64,000 nt of DNA from Amia ocellicauda (Eukaryota), in NCBI RefSeq assembly GCF_036373705.1, contig NC_089863.1, positions 18,979,406-19,043,405 of the forward strand. The letters run 5' to 3'. Below the pieces are notes generated by a model. That model searched no databases and was not told the DNA's origin. It was given only the letters and a program-made list of their open reading frames with translations. The translations under genes and the position numbers were made by a program. Numbering within the stretch: position 1 is the stretch's first letter; each line of letters begins with the position of its first letter. Positions 1 through 19,340 of this stretch are shown one piece after another.

Positions 1-44
<44 letters not shown>

Positions 45-46
45 AC
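1..46. repeat. (TA)n(GA)n compound microsatellite
   Basis: Window opens with tatatatatatata followed by (ga)15. Confidence 0.9.
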
Positions 47-1051
47 TTACCAAGCACAATTGCTGCACAATCAATACGAAAACAACAATAGTTAAAACAA
101 GGATACACAAAGAAATACATTTTAAAAAAGAAAAAAAGAACAAGATGCAATCAGGAAAGCACATAAAAAATGTCAAACAATATAGCTAATGAAAATTGTC
201 GAGGAGAACAAATGCAGTAGATAATACAACAATACAACAAGTAGCAACGTTGTGTGTTAGATGAGAACTTACAATAAAACTATCTTTAAAAAATGTTCAA
301 TAACTGTTTCATAACATACATTTGGAAGTTCAAGTGTATAAAAATGAGTTTTGAGATGTGATTTAGAAACATGGACCGACTCAGAGGATCTAACGTTAAG
401 AGGTAAAATGGGCCTTTAGGGCAAAAGAACAATCTCAGATTAGATTTCTTAAATTTCAACCTAGACTTTGGAACGGCTACAAATCCCTGGTCTGAAAATC
501 TGAGTGGTCTTCTAATGTTATAGGGAATGTAGGAAGGCGCCAGACTATGCAATACTTTGTATATGATTGTAATATCTTAAAATAAACCAGTGTAGAGAGG
601 CTAGTACTGGGGTAATGTGTGAGCAAGAGCCGGGCCAATGTACGGTAATTTAAGCCTGAAAATGAGGTATTGCAGTAATCGAGACGTGAAGAAATAAAAA
701 CATTAATAATGTTCTCTGTATCTCCAAAATATTAAACAGATCAAACTTCAGCAATGTTTCAATAAGTGAGTACAAATAAAATCAGTGTATATGTATTACA
801 GCCTAGGTAATGACCTGGGTACTTTCACCAGCCAGTGTTGTGTGGAGTAGATGAGCGGGGAGATTAAACTATTTTAATGTGATGATCTGGGGGGTTTAAT
901 AGGAAAATGGGTTCATTGATTATCTTGGATATGGTTGTTAATGGTGTGTAGTGTGTCTTCTATGATGGTTACATTTGTTTTTTGAGAAATAATGGGGATT
1001 AAAATGTCTCTCTCTGTCCCTCCCTCCTCTCTCTCTCTCTCTCTCTCAGGG

Positions 1052-3936
<2,885 letters not shown>

Positions 3937-4529
3937 ACTTTGTGTACTGTACTGTACTGCATTATACCACTATACTGTACTATAAACTGCATTGTACTAC
4001 AGCTGAGATAAAGAGAGAGAGAGAGAGAGGGTGTCTCTGTGCTGTAATGTACTGCATTATAGTAATATACCGTACTAAAGTGCATTCACATAGATTTAAT
4101 ATTTATTTTGAATATATGGTATTATATCAACACTCATGTTTTTACAGCACATTACTGCACTTTCTAAGAAACCCATCACCTGATAAGGAAGCAGCATTTT
4201 GCAGCCTAATTCAAATTTTATATCACAGACAGACAGTAGTTCTCCACTTTATATAGCTGTGGGCAACATCAAAAGTCAGCAAAGTATTGTGCTGAAATGA
4301 ATACTGTCTGGCTGACTGTCAATTTAGGAATTGTTTGCACGATTAGAGAGTTTCCACATCAAAGTCGAGTTTGATAGCTTTGGAGTGAGACATATCGACG
4401 GCAGCTTGGTGGCCTTAGTGGGAATTGTTCAGACTTGTCTGCTGGTTTAAGATTGTTTTGAATTTGCCGCCTGGGTGTAGTTGCGTGGGACGGAAATGGC
4501 TTTTCACAGTTTGTGAAAATGGCTAAATC

Positions 4530-4700
4530 CCAATGCTAGTGTCATTCGCTAGTACCACAGGGTGGAATGGTGTCTCAGTGGATATGACACTTGTTTCTGC
4601 TCTGTCGGATAGTAGATTGGAGTCCTGGCCAGCCCTCGCTGTGTTGACCAATAGATACTCCATGCTGAACTAGGGCACGGTCATTGCTGCCGAGGGGAGT
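4530..4700 (+). mobile_element. Possible tRNA-derived SINE fragment
   Basis: tRNA-like stretch gtgtctcagtggatatgacacttgtttctgctctgtcggatagtagattggagtcctggccagcc, with box-A/box-B-like spacing. Weak call. Confidence 0.3.
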
Positions 4701-5671
4701 GGGTGTCAGATGTGTGTCAGATTCACAAAGCACTCTAATAGCTCTAAGAAAACAGTAGCTTATCAGATTTAAAACTAGTGTACAGGAATAAAGAGGGATT
4801 TTTTTTTACAGTCATGTAATAGTTACAGTAACTTAGTGGCCACTCAGCTGCAGATTTATTTTATATTCATTATTTACAGAGTAGTTACACGTCCACTGAC
4901 AGGTCCCCTGTATGCTCTGTAATTTTCTCTTTCTTGATTTCATTCTTCCCTTTTTTGCCTGGCTTCCTTCCTCTCTTGTTGTCTTGCCAACTCTCTGTCT
5001 CCAGGAGTACTTGCGGAAATTAGAGAAAATGTTAAGAATGCATCCCATGGGGATGGGGGTGGGTAGTGGCTTAACTCGACTAAAACTGTACTTTTTATGG
5101 CACTTAGGAATCTTAGAAAGAGAGAGAGAGATTGTTCTTGCCCTAGATTTCACAATCAGTCAATCAAATAAATACTTTCTGTAATTAATCTTGTTCTGGT
5201 TAATTCCTACCCGCTGTGATGCACGTCTGGAAGTTATTGCACAGGTAGAGTACAGAAATCACTAAAATAGACACATTTTCTGATCAGGCTTTTTCTTACA
5301 GTCACGGACAGTGCGTTATTATATTATCAGGACAAACCACATTTTCCTGCTATTTACCACTACAAAGCAACTGTTTTATTTATTGTATCAGATGGTCTCC
5401 TGGTTTCTCGCTCCCTGCTCCACATCCTCCCTGGCCCCTGTGGCGTCCATCTCAATGCAGCTGTGTGCTTGGATGGCCCTTTGGTGTGGGGCGCCTCTGC
5501 CAATCACAGCTCTTCGCTGAAGTCCACAGCCACAGAAACAGGAAGTCATGTGTGACAGCGATCCAAACAATGTTATTGACCACAAGCTGCTTAAAGCTCT
5601 CAATGGAAAGCAGAACTGGGACTGGATTGTATTTGTGTAGTTTGTAATACATACAAGTGAGGTGCTAAAGT

Positions 5672-6722
5672 TAAGTTACAGTCCAACTACATATTCTTCT
5701 AGAGTACAGACACTGACTGAGCCCTGTACTGTACTGTATATATACACCTGGAGTACAGACACTGACTGAGCCCTGTACTGTACTGTATATATACACCTGG
5801 AGTACAGACACTGACTGAGCCCTGTACTGTATATATACACCTGGAGTACAGACACTGACTGAGACCTGTACTGTATATATACACCTGGAGTACAGACACT
5901 GACTGAGCCCTGTACTGTACTGTATATATACACCTGGAGTACAGACACTGACTGAGCCCTGTACTGTATATATACACCTGGAGTACAGACACTGACTGAG
6001 ACCTGTACTGTATATATACACCTGGAGTACAGACACTGACTGAGCCCTGTACTGTATATATACACCTGGAGTACAGACACTGACTGAGCCCTGTACTGTA
6101 TATATACACCTGGAGTACAGTCACTGACTGAGCCCTGTACTGTACTGTATATATACACCTGGAGTACAGACACTGACTGAGCCCTGTACTGTACTGTATA
6201 TATACACCTGGAGTACAGACACTGACTGAGCCCTGTACTGTATATATACACCTGGAGTACAGACACTGACTGAGCCCTGTACTGTACTGTATATATACAC
6301 CTGGAGTACAGACACTGACTGAGCCCTGTACTGTACTGTATATATACACCTGGAGTACAGACACTGACTGAGCCCTGTACTGTATATATACACCTGGAGT
6401 ACAGTCACTGACTGAGCCCTGTACTGTATATATACACCTGGAGTACAGACACTGACTGAGCCCTGTACTGTACTGTATATATACACCTGGAGTACAGACA
6501 CTGACTGAGCCCTGTACTGTATATATACACCTGGAGTACAGACACTGACTGAGCCCTGTACTGTATATATACACCTGGAGTACAGACACTGACTGAGCCC
6601 TGTACTGTATATATACACCTGGAGTACAGACACTGACTGAGCCCTGTACTATATATATACACCTGGAGTACAGACACTGACCGAGCCCTGTACTGTATAC
6701 ATACACCTGGAGTATATATACT
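5672..6722. repeat. Intergenic minisatellite, 45-50-bp unit (about 22 copies), between the 3' ends of the convergent SULT genes
   Basis: Unit cctggagtacagacactgactgagccctgtactgta(ctgta)tatatacac, with variants carrying or lacking the extra ctgta. It creates spurious long minus-strand ORFs. Confidence 0.95.
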
Positions 6723-7048
6723 CACCCGCACCCCCCCACCCATCACACACACACAGTGTTTCGATGTGTTTTGGCATCAATTTATCGAAGGAACAGAAAC
6801 ACAGACAGCTCAAAAGATATACATCATTTGTTTATTGGTATAAAATTGTGTCTGAGTTTCAGTGGGCTAAGTCAGTGTCGTCGCTATTGTAGTAATCAGA
6901 GCTGAGAGAGGATCGACCCTGCTGTGTGTAACGCACTGAATCAGTTCACACAGTCCCTTGAGTTACTGCCTCTCTGCCCTCAGATTCAGTTTGCAGTTTG
7001 CAGTTCTCACTGTTGTAGTATAATGCAGTACAGTACAGCACACAGTCT

Positions 7049-10532
<3,484 letters not shown>

Positions 10533-10534
10533 CC

Positions 10535-10570
<36 letters not shown>

Positions 10571-10779
10571 CTATTTATGTCTACCTGGTTGTTAGTGTTT
10601 TACTTTTTCTTTTTTCACTTAGAAGGAGAGACTGATGGAGAGAAAGGGAGAAAAAGTAAGCGACCAGTGAAAGGAGGAACAATGGCAGCTCAGTGTAATA
10701 ACATGCTGCAATATGTGAGCTCAGTGGGAACAAACTGGGACATTGTTACCGCAAAACATGGATTAGCATCAGCTGTAAA

Positions 10780-10930
10780 CAGAGCTTGTACAATAGGGGG
10801 CTATAGAAACAGTAAAGCGGATTAGCGCTGTTAAAGTAGGGGTCAATGGAAAAGGTACAGCACAGTATAACAGTGGTGTTACAAAACAGGGGGCTGCAGT
10901 AACAGTACAGTTATGTCCCCTACAGCTTGC
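10780..10930. repeat. Degenerate copies of the SULT intronic minisatellite unit, upstream of gene B
   Basis: Three or four diverged units (gtacaatagggggctatagaaacagtaaagcggattagcgctgtt...), about 70-80% similar to the intronic unit. Confidence 0.6.
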
Positions 10931-12257
10931 CATACAGGTGTGAGCATAAAGTGATTTGTTTCCTGTGAGACACATCCCAGTCCACAGAACAAAACCCTGT
11001 AATGGATTAGTATTCTGAGACTGCCGGAACTGAAATTTGACCATGCAATATATGTATTGTGCTGTTTAAAGGGACCAACACACTATTATTATTTCTTTCT
11101 TTCTTTGCAGATGCCCAGGGTGACTTAAGGTTTTCATAAGAGACATTTCCAAAGCATTTAATGTGCAGTAACTACAATCAGTACAAACTACAACACGCAC
11201 ACGTCAGTGAAGACATAATTGTTCCGCCTCAGGTGTGTACCAAGTGGTGAGGCTGGCATGGGAACAGGAGTAGTAACAGTACACTGATAAAAGGGCTCAA
11301 AATGCAAAAGTAAACAGGAGCTTGAGGGAGCAGAGTTGAATATATGCATAAGAGCAAGATTGCTGAGCTCTCTGATAACGTAATTCAATGTAATACTAAA
11401 TATACGGTATTCTAGTTTTAATTTAAATTAATTTCATAGCACTTTAACTGCTTTTCCACATGCCTGACACTGTGCTAACGAAGCTGTCAGGGAATTCAAG
11501 GAAGCCAGCGTGGCATTAATTACATTCACTATAAGGAACATAAGCTAGTTTTTAAGAAAACGTTGAAGATACACATATCCTATGAAATAAATAATTCTCA
11601 AAAGAACATCTATAATAGGCAAGCACTGATTTTTGGGTGGTAAATATTGTTTTTATTGCACATTTATGAGCACACAAGACCTCATGATGGGATCTACTGG
11701 TGTACCACTGCACGCACAGGCTGCTGGATCATTATCGCTAACCTTGCTCAAACCAAAGTGTGTTTGTTTTACCACAACCACCCTTAACTTTAAGGCTCAA
11801 CTGATGGCAGAAAGCACACTTTTGACACCTGTCGACTGCGTGGTTAGTCGGTCATTGTTATCTGTTAAACACAAGCACTTTTAGATAATGCAGTGTATTT
11901 GTTTTCATTACAGTCAAAAGTGAGCACTCCATTGCAGGTTATATATCTTGGACTTCTTGTGCAATGTTTTACTTTTACAGATTTATACTATAGTTGAAGA
12001 GGAAGGAACTGGTCTTACAATAATAGCAGTCCATTCGCCAGTCTTTCTGCTTGATCAGGCATTGCTTTGACTGCATTGTAATACTAATCATACACTGGAA
12101 AACTACAGTGTTGAATACTGAACAGGTTCAAACAAACAACTTTAGAAAAAACATGAATTATTATGATTTTAAAAGTCCCATGTTTGGTGCATAACCGCAT
12201 GAAAAAACAAAAATGAACAATAACTATACTCTTCTCGATATACAATTAGTAATGACC

Positions 12258-12266
12258 ATTTTTTTT

Positions 12267-12310
<44 letters not shown>

Positions 12311-12312
12311 TC
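12258..12312. repeat. (TTTC)n microsatellite
   Basis: tttctttctttc x13. Confidence 0.95.
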
Positions 12313-12699
12313 CTGTCTTTCAGTTTGCTTATGTCTCCCTTTCTTTTGCTCAATCTGTTTCCTACAATATCTGCTGTCAAAAAAGTCTCCACTGTCCACG
12401 AAGAATTTAAACATGTTTTCAATCACTTCAACAACAACCCACATCAACATTTACATGTTGGCAACACGCCAGGAAACAAAAACGGTGGACTTTAAACAGC
12501 AACCCAAGCACAAAACCTATTGGCTTTCTATTCATTTTTTAAGTCAAGGCTGGAGAGCGGGTGCCACTCTCCACTCTTGTTTCAACATGCTCTTCTCTAT
12601 GTGGAGACACTACAATCACTGGAGTTATAAGTAGCAATGGCCACAAACAATAATAGTAATAATAATAATAATAATGGACTCACTGCGTGCGATTGCTGG

Positions 12700-13002
12700 T
12701 TGCCTGCTTCCAACGAAAAATCACAATTGCACCCCCCGTCTCTCTTTCTCTCTCGCACACACTTATACACTTCTCCCCTCCCTCTTTTCTTCTCTGACCT
12801 ACCAGGCTAGAACAGTACACTCCCACTCTCTATCTCTCTCTCTCTCTCACACACAGACACATTTACACACTTCTCCCCCCTCCCTATTTCTCCATGACCT
12901 AACATTCTGTCTCTCTCTCTCTCTCTCTGCCAGCCTCTTCACCTCATTCACCCTTTCATTTCTATTGTCATTCTCTCTGTCCCATTTTGCCCCCCTCTCC
13001 CT

Positions 13003-13036
<34 letters not shown>

Positions 13037-13075
13037 CTACTACTAACTGAAACCGCTGCCAAACCATTCAAGTCA
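12700..13075. repeat. CT-rich low-complexity region with two tandem copies of a roughly 100-bp unit
   Basis: acacttctcccctccctcttttcttctctgacctac and acacttctcccccctccctatttctccatgacctaac, interspersed with (ct)n tracts. Confidence 0.7.
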
Positions 13076-13329
13076 GTCCTAATCCACACTGACAGACTCA
13101 TAACAGTCTCTACAAATCTAGGCAGACTGACACGGCGGCTCCCCCCTCAGAGCGCCTCACAGCCGTGCTCCCCTGCCCTTGTCACGCCTTGGACACATGT
13201 ACTGCGTTGACTGGAAAAACTTTTTAACTGTGTAAGTTAACTTTAAAGCGAGACACCTGACAGAGACGAATCCCGAGCCTTTACAGCCTGAGCTGCCACA
13301 GCCTGGGGAGAGAGACAGGCCGACCCCGG

Positions 13330-13655
13330 CAGAGAGGAGAGAGAGTGTGGGCCGTGGGAGAAGTGGAGGATGAGGCCCACTTCCTGCCGCACTGCCCTAA
13401 AAACACCGCCATCAGGGACGCCCACCCCCACAGACTCGCAGGCCTGACCCCTGATCTCAGCTGGGGGAGGAGGCACAGACAGCAGACAGAGAGCAGTGCC
13501 ATACTTCAGACTATCTATACTGTCTACACAACAATTGTCTTCAAAATGTCTGTATTTATCATTGCCATTGCCCTGTTCATGAGCACCAGACACGTCTGTC
13601 AATGCTTTGGCAACACCGATGTCAATTAATCCTGCCAATAAAGCTTTATTGATTT
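13330..13655 (+). mobile_element. L2/CR1-type LINE 3' fragment (ORF2 C-terminal zinc-knuckle plus tail)
   Basis: Translation contains EDEAHFLPHCPKNTAIRD, the C..C...E..HFLL.CP.Y...R motif typical of teleost L2-like ORF2 C-termini. It ends at aataaagctttattg. A second copy of the tail lies at 13905-14000. Confidence 0.55.
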
Positions 13656-14269
13656 GACAGAGAGAGAGAGACTGTGATCAACTGTAAGACAGAGAGACAC
13701 GGAGACTAAAAGTGGGGTTGGCAAATGGGAAAATTGTGTGTTTGAGTGCATAAGAGATAGAGATACTGGAGCGAATAGAGAGAAGGAGAAAGAGAGGGAG
13801 AGAGATGGTGAGAGGAGAAAGAGGGAGAGAAAGAGAGTGACAGTGAGAGAGGGAGAGAGAGAAATGCAGATCTTAAATGTATATTTACTGCATCTATTGT
13901 TCACCACTATTGTTCCTGAGCACTGAAGCTGTCTGTCAAAGCTGTGGCCATTCTACTGTCACTTAGTCCTGTCAATAAAGCTTTTCCAAATTGAACTTGA
14001 ATTGAGACGGGGAAAGAAGTGGGGGTGGGGGGAGTGTGTCAGAGTGCAAGAGAGAGGTAAAGAGGGAGCCTGACTCTTAGAAACGTTGTCAATAAATGTA
14101 GAAAGATTAAGAAAACCAGAAAGAAATCACTCACAAGAAACCTGTCTGACGCTCACCTCATTGCAGAAGCGCCATTTGTGTGTTTCTACTGGCGATCTTT
14201 ACTCCCAAGATAAACTGTCATATTAAAGGGTAGGTTAAGACAAGAACAGGTGTTAGTCGAGGGCACGGG

Positions 14270-15000
14270 TCGAAGTGGTGAAACGGGGCCCCCCGCTGAG
14301 TGCAGGAGGGCCACATGGTCAGAGTTGTAAACAGACACGAGCTGACAGCAATGGCCACGTGCAGGGCCCAGAAAATGAAGGGGGGGTTTCAGTCTGTGCC
14401 AGTACAGCTCAGAATTTTGCAGAGTGTACTGGGCATGGGCACGAGCATTAGAATATTCGAAGGGACGTATTTGATTACTTGTGAGATTAGTTGAATTCTG
14501 GGAGATTAAAGAAAATTGTAGGCATATATAAAAACATTAAAAAGCTTCGACTGGAATATAAAAATAAGCTATCAGTCTTACATTATCCTAAGGGTTGTGA
14601 CATTTGAAATTAATGAATGTAAGTCCACACTAGTCTCTCCCCTGCCGTGGATATGGCCACTTTATTAAGAATGCTAATGCAGCTGTACATTTTAGTTTTT
14701 TTTAACCGATACCTTATTTCAATGTAGCCTAAGCAATTTATTTATTTTAGCACAAGAACCTGTATACAGTATACGCACGGTACAGTAGCCCAGTTCTGAA
14801 GATACAGCTCTTTTCAAATTAATATTTTTCCATGTGTAACTTTTATTTTTTTATTATAATTTGTTTGCACAATAATTGGCGTACCTTTTGAAGTTCATAT
14901 ATTTTTTTCATTACTTTTTTATCATTAACGTGAATGCCGAAGGAAAGGTTTTCGATAATGCAATATATATGTTATTATTATATATTTAGTAATAATCAGA
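14270..15000. repeat. Local segmental duplicate, module A (paralog at 17880-18320)
   Basis: About 75-80% identity over more than 400 bp. Shared strings include gtcagaatattgcaaagt, tacttgtgag, gggagattagaaaaaa, taggcatat, aaataagct, ttgcacaataattggcgt. Confidence 0.7.
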
Positions 15001-15299
15001 ATCCAATTTACTGGTATGAAATAAAAATGTATATTAATCATTTAAAACGTAAGCGCTTAATATGTTCAATTGCCGATGGGAAATTAAGTCACATGACTTT
15101 TCATCTTTTTAAAAATACGCATGCGCATGCATGCATCGTGACCACTTAAAGACGGAACCGGAAATGGGACTGGGAAATATACATTTAAATAGGTAAACTA
15201 AAAATTAATATAAATGTATATTAATAAGTATTAATGTTGCTAAATACGCAGTACAATTCAAAATTGTCAATTGAATTAACAGCTGTAATACATGATTTA

Positions 15300-15700
15300 C
15301 TGTCCCGTAGCACATATTACGTATTGAGACATTAATATAGCATGCGCCAGACCCCCCTCCGTGGAGAGTGGGCTCGGCCCGGCTACAAAAAGCAGCGCGC
15401 GCACGCATTCGCTCTTTTCTGCTCGCGGAGACGGTGGGGCGCATGCGCAGGGGCCACAGCGTTGAGGCGCACTGCACGGGTGAGTAACGAGGGGGTAAAC
15501 ATTAGCTAAAATGATTGAAGCCACGAAATACAAGTTCAGTGTAAACGTTTAATTGTTATGAATGTGCGAGTTGGAGTGCAGTGCAGTCCGTGCCAGCAAG
15601 ACGCTGTCGCAGAGCTAGAGCCTGCAGTCAGTTTTCACCTGCGAAGCTTCGTTGTGGCTAATTTGCGTGACTCGTCGATGACGTCACGTTCATAATCAAT
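15300..15700 (+). promoter_or_regulatory. Orphan CpG island / putative promoter with NRF1 site, CRE, and a GT donor after a GC-rich 5' exon
   Basis: CpG-dense in an otherwise AT-rich context. gcgcatgcgca (NRF1 consensus) at about 15445, and tacgcatgcgcatgcatgca at about 15120. tgacgtca (CRE) at about 15682. cacgg|gtgagtaacg is a good donor at 15479. No convincing downstream ORF was found, so the target may be a non-coding exon 1 or a lncRNA. Confidence 0.4.
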
Positions 15701-17344
15701 GCGTTCACACTTACGAGGCCCTGGGCCGCCTCAAATGGAGTCGGGCCTTTTTTAGAGACCCCGTTCACATTTGCGGCCTAAACGACATGCATGCCGGGAA
15801 TAAACATCTGCTCAAGCCAGTGATTAGGTCTGTTTACAGGTGTATGCGCTATATTTATAATTACAACTTGTTAATATTGGTGTGTATATATAGGCTACTG
15901 ATTTGGTTCTATATATCTTTTAAAGTTTTGCAGCCGAAGCTGTCGAATCGAACCAAGTTCCTCGGAAAAACGTGCGACGTTTTCTCTGGACTCCACTGCG
16001 TTTGTAATAGTCTGATCTTTGCATTTTATTTTCCTTTAGCCATTGAAAGCAGCCTCTGACGCGTCTATAGTTTTATCCCCAGACAGCAGCGCTGCACATT
16101 TCCTGGGTTTGCTTTTTAACTGTATGTTCATCCACATTGTAAACAGCGCTTTCATTTCTGCATCGTCCCAGTTGTCGCCTCTAACGCCGGCATTTGTGAT
16201 TGTACTGCTCAGCTCAATAACTGCATTTCGGATTGCATAGTAAATAACTGGTCTCGTTTTTCACGTGTAAAATGCATAGTTACATTTCAGACTTAAATCA
16301 CTACTTGGTACAAGAACAAACAATAGCACGTTTACCAGCTACACGCTTATTTTAATGGACTGAGTAGTTTGAACTGTTAACATTAGAACTAATTACTTAG
16401 CCTAGACTTTTTAAATGTATATAAAGATGTGAGCTAGCGAAATGTATCCGTACATTTTAAGGCTATAGATTGACTTGACATTCAAACAATATAGACAATA
16501 TACTGCGTGTCCTGTAGTAGGGCGAGCTGTCTTGGTGTCCATTTACTTTGCGTTTACTCTCGGTTTACGCGGACACGCAGTCTCTGGGGGCGGGGCTTGT
16601 GTTGCGTCACGCTGACCCTGTTCACATTTGAGTTGAAAAGGTGATCGTCCTAAAACTCGAGTGTGAACGGGGTCCATTACATGTTAACTTTAATTTTGTA
16701 TTTTATTCAATAAAGTGTTGGAAATGGCCAACAGGTGTAAAACCAATGAATATAACCCAGTGTAACCCAGTAACAAGACTGAACTAGTATACTGAAAATA
16801 GTAAATGCCAAAGACACCGTAACACGGTAACCTTGACATTTGGGCTAACCATAATTAAAATTAGGTATACAATACTAATACTAATAGGTTAATGACTCGT
16901 AACTTGCAGAGTTCGTAACGAGCTGTGTACTAAACACGGGTCATCTCCAGTTTGCTGTCATAAGTCCTACTCAATTGACCCATTAAACATTAACGCACAA
17001 AAGGTCCTGAAGCCAGTAATTAGTTTTGAATAGTTGGTCTGTATCTAGTTGAATGGGTTAACCTCTATTGTGGCACAAATCTTTGATAATACTTTAGCAT
17101 TGCAACAGCAAAGTAATTTACAAATGCACAGTGAGATAATATGGGGAGTGGAGTTGGCCCTGCCTGTAGGGTTTGATTACAATCGCATTTCAATCATTTT
17201 TTTTAAGCGGAGGTTCTGTCACACAGCCTCAATCTCACACCAGACTTCTGTCTTCCCAAACATTAGCAACAAATACTTTCCCAGCCTTCACTTTGTTGCC
17301 TCCCTCCTCCACAAATCCAACCCCTGCAGCAGCTCCTTCCTCCT

Positions 17345-17485
17345 TTTACATTACATTTGTCATTTAGCAGATGCTCTTATCCAGGGCGACTTGCATTTGT
17401 ACCCATTTGTACAGCTGGGCATTTTACTGGAGCAAGTACCTTGCTCAAGGGTACAACAGCACTTCCCCTTCTCCTTCTGTGTGTG
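17345..17485 (-). mobile_element. Teleost tRNA-derived SINE, 3' portion (tail motif gtaagtcgccctggataagagcatctgctaaatgac)
   Basis: Reverse complement of the conserved teleost SINE tail. Other copies lie at 23205-23290, 27765-27905, 37960-38185, with a fragment at 11095-11135. Confidence 0.7.
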
Positions 17486-17589
17486 TTGCTTCTGCTGACC
17501 ACCTCCTCATGGCCAGATCAGTTTCCTTAGTCAAGGCGTACTGGCAAAATTACTTGTATTGCAAACATTCAGAAAACCCCAATAGACTG

Positions 17590-17800
17590 ACTGATTGTGG
17601 CTGCTAGGTGTCAGTGTTACTGTGAGCAGCTGGATGTGGATGAGATGCCGTCACTGAGCAGCTTCTCTGTCTGTAATGCACTGGAGGCAGTGCTGCACTG
17701 CTTGGCGCAGTCTGTGTTTCTGACTCCAGTTCATTGTCCTCTGTTTAACGTGATTAGACACTGCACTGTTTTCCAGTAGAGCCTGGTTCAGCACCAGCTC
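17590..17800. repeat. Local duplicate, module B (paralog at 19140-19340)
   Basis: gactgattgtggctgctaggtgtc[a/c]gtgt[t/c]actgtg[a/g]gcagctggatg...gatgccg..actgagcagcttctct is shared. About 80% identity. Confidence 0.7.
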
Positions 17801-17879
17801 AGCTCACCCCCACCCTGCTGCTCAGTGGGAGCCCTTTCCCCAGAGTCTGGGAGAGCGCTGGCCTCTACAGCTCCTGGGG

Positions 17880-18320
17880 GAGAGATGAGACTGGAGAACG
17901 GCAGCTCTGAGGACAGACCACCAGTACAGGTCAGAATATTGCAAAGTATTCCAATATCCTAAGAGATGTTTGTATTTGATTTACTTGTGAGTAGAATTAT
18001 GGGAGATTAGAAAAAAGTAGGCATATTTAGGTGTGGAAAAGCTTTGACTTAAATATAAAAATAAGCTGTCGGTGTCGCACTATCCTGAGGTTTGTGGCCA
18101 TTCAAAATAATAAATGGATGTCTGCATTCGCCTCTCCCCAGAGCAAGTGGATGCATGTTAATTTTCTTAATGCTTCTGGCTAATGCATTTGTACTGTTGC
18201 AGATCTTTTCAGATTGTGTCCACTTGTGACTTGGTTTTAATTAAGGACACTTAATGTTTAACTTATCCTTTTCTTTGCACAATAATTGGCGTCATTGTGC
18301 ACCACTGCAATTGGAAGACT
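17880..18320. repeat. Local duplicate, module A' (paralog of 14270-15000)
   Basis: See module A. Confidence 0.7.
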
Positions 18321-18856
18321 GAGCCCTTTTCCATTTTCAGCCATGCATTGGGGCAGACTGAACATTTATACGAGTAATGGGCGGAACAACATTCAGAACA
18401 ATGACTAAAGCAACTAAATAGTTTTATTGTAAACATTTAACTGGTCTGAATATGCAAGTGAGATTGCAGTGCAGTTTGTGTCAGCAAAGACACTCGCAGA
18501 ACTTGAAATTCAGTCTGAAGGCATAGTTTGAAAGTTAATGGAGTGAGAGATGAAATGTGCTTTTATGAGGTCTGAGCATCATGATGCTTGTTGATGTTCA
18601 TACAGTAGCCTGTAAAGCGGACGTGTAAGGAAGGGAAAGGAGAGTGGACTGCATCTGAAGCCAAACGCCGAGCCATGTCATCCTATAAAACTGTTAATGT
18701 CTTTCAAAGTTCTAAAATGGTATTCTAGTATAAGCGCATGTTTAACTCGCACTTCTGCTGGTGTATTTGAACAAACTAAAGCGAAGTTGAAAACCTTTGC
18801 ACAAAGCTCTAGTTTGTTACTGTGATTCAAGGTCTGTATGTGGTGAAAAGGGCGGG

Positions 18857-18857
<1 letters not shown>

Positions 18858-18904
<47 letters not shown>
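18858..18904. repeat. (CT)n microsatellite
   Basis: ctctctctc... about 23 units. Confidence 0.95.
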
Positions 18905-18908
<4 letters not shown>

Positions 18909-19139
18909 CGCAGCTGCACTCTTGTCCCGCCACCATGAGATTCTGCAGCCTGTGTCGGCGCCTTGGATTTCATGGTTCCTCTGTACTATGCCGGTGTCCC
19001 TTCCACAGACTAAGCCTTTAATATCAGGCCTCCGGGACTAATGAGGAGCAGCAGCCCAGGAAAACTAAACTTAAAGAGATGCGGAAAGGAACCTCCGTCA
19101 ACCAGAGCTGCTCTGCGGTTTGGGGACATGGGTTTGCAG

Positions 19140-19340
19140 TGACTGATTGTGGCTGCTAGGTGTCCGTGTCACTGTGGGCAGCTGGATGAGGATAAGATGC
19201 CGGTACTGAGCAGCTTCTCTTCCTCTAATGCACCATCGGCTCCTGAGCTGGTCGTCTTCTGGACTACACTGCAGGCTGTGCTGGACTGGAACATTGTGCA
19301 CTGGATTGCATTTACTACAGTGTATTGTCCAGTCCTATAG
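19140..19340. repeat. Local duplicate, module B'
   Basis: See module B. Confidence 0.7.

Noticed and set aside
286-552. 88-aa minus-strand ORF near the window start
   Set aside because: No homology signal, AT-rich context, and a short length. Probably intronic or upstream noise of SULT gene A.
5671-6752. 335-aa, 196-aa, 170-aa, 121-aa and 115-aa ORFs on the - strand
   Set aside because: Periodic translation (VYIQYSTGLSQCLYSRCIYTVQ...) of the intergenic 45-50-bp minisatellite, with no start context, no splice signals, and every frame open.
12674-13210. 178-aa ORF rich in S, L and T
   Set aside because: CT-rich low-complexity DNA, (ct)n with roughly 100-bp tandem units.
17597-19340. ORFs beginning MAARC (17597-17779, 19149-19340)
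   Set aside because: They start at GTG, not ATG, inside duplicated module B, immediately after an acceptor-like ctgctag. They may be exon fragments, but I cannot support them as CDS.
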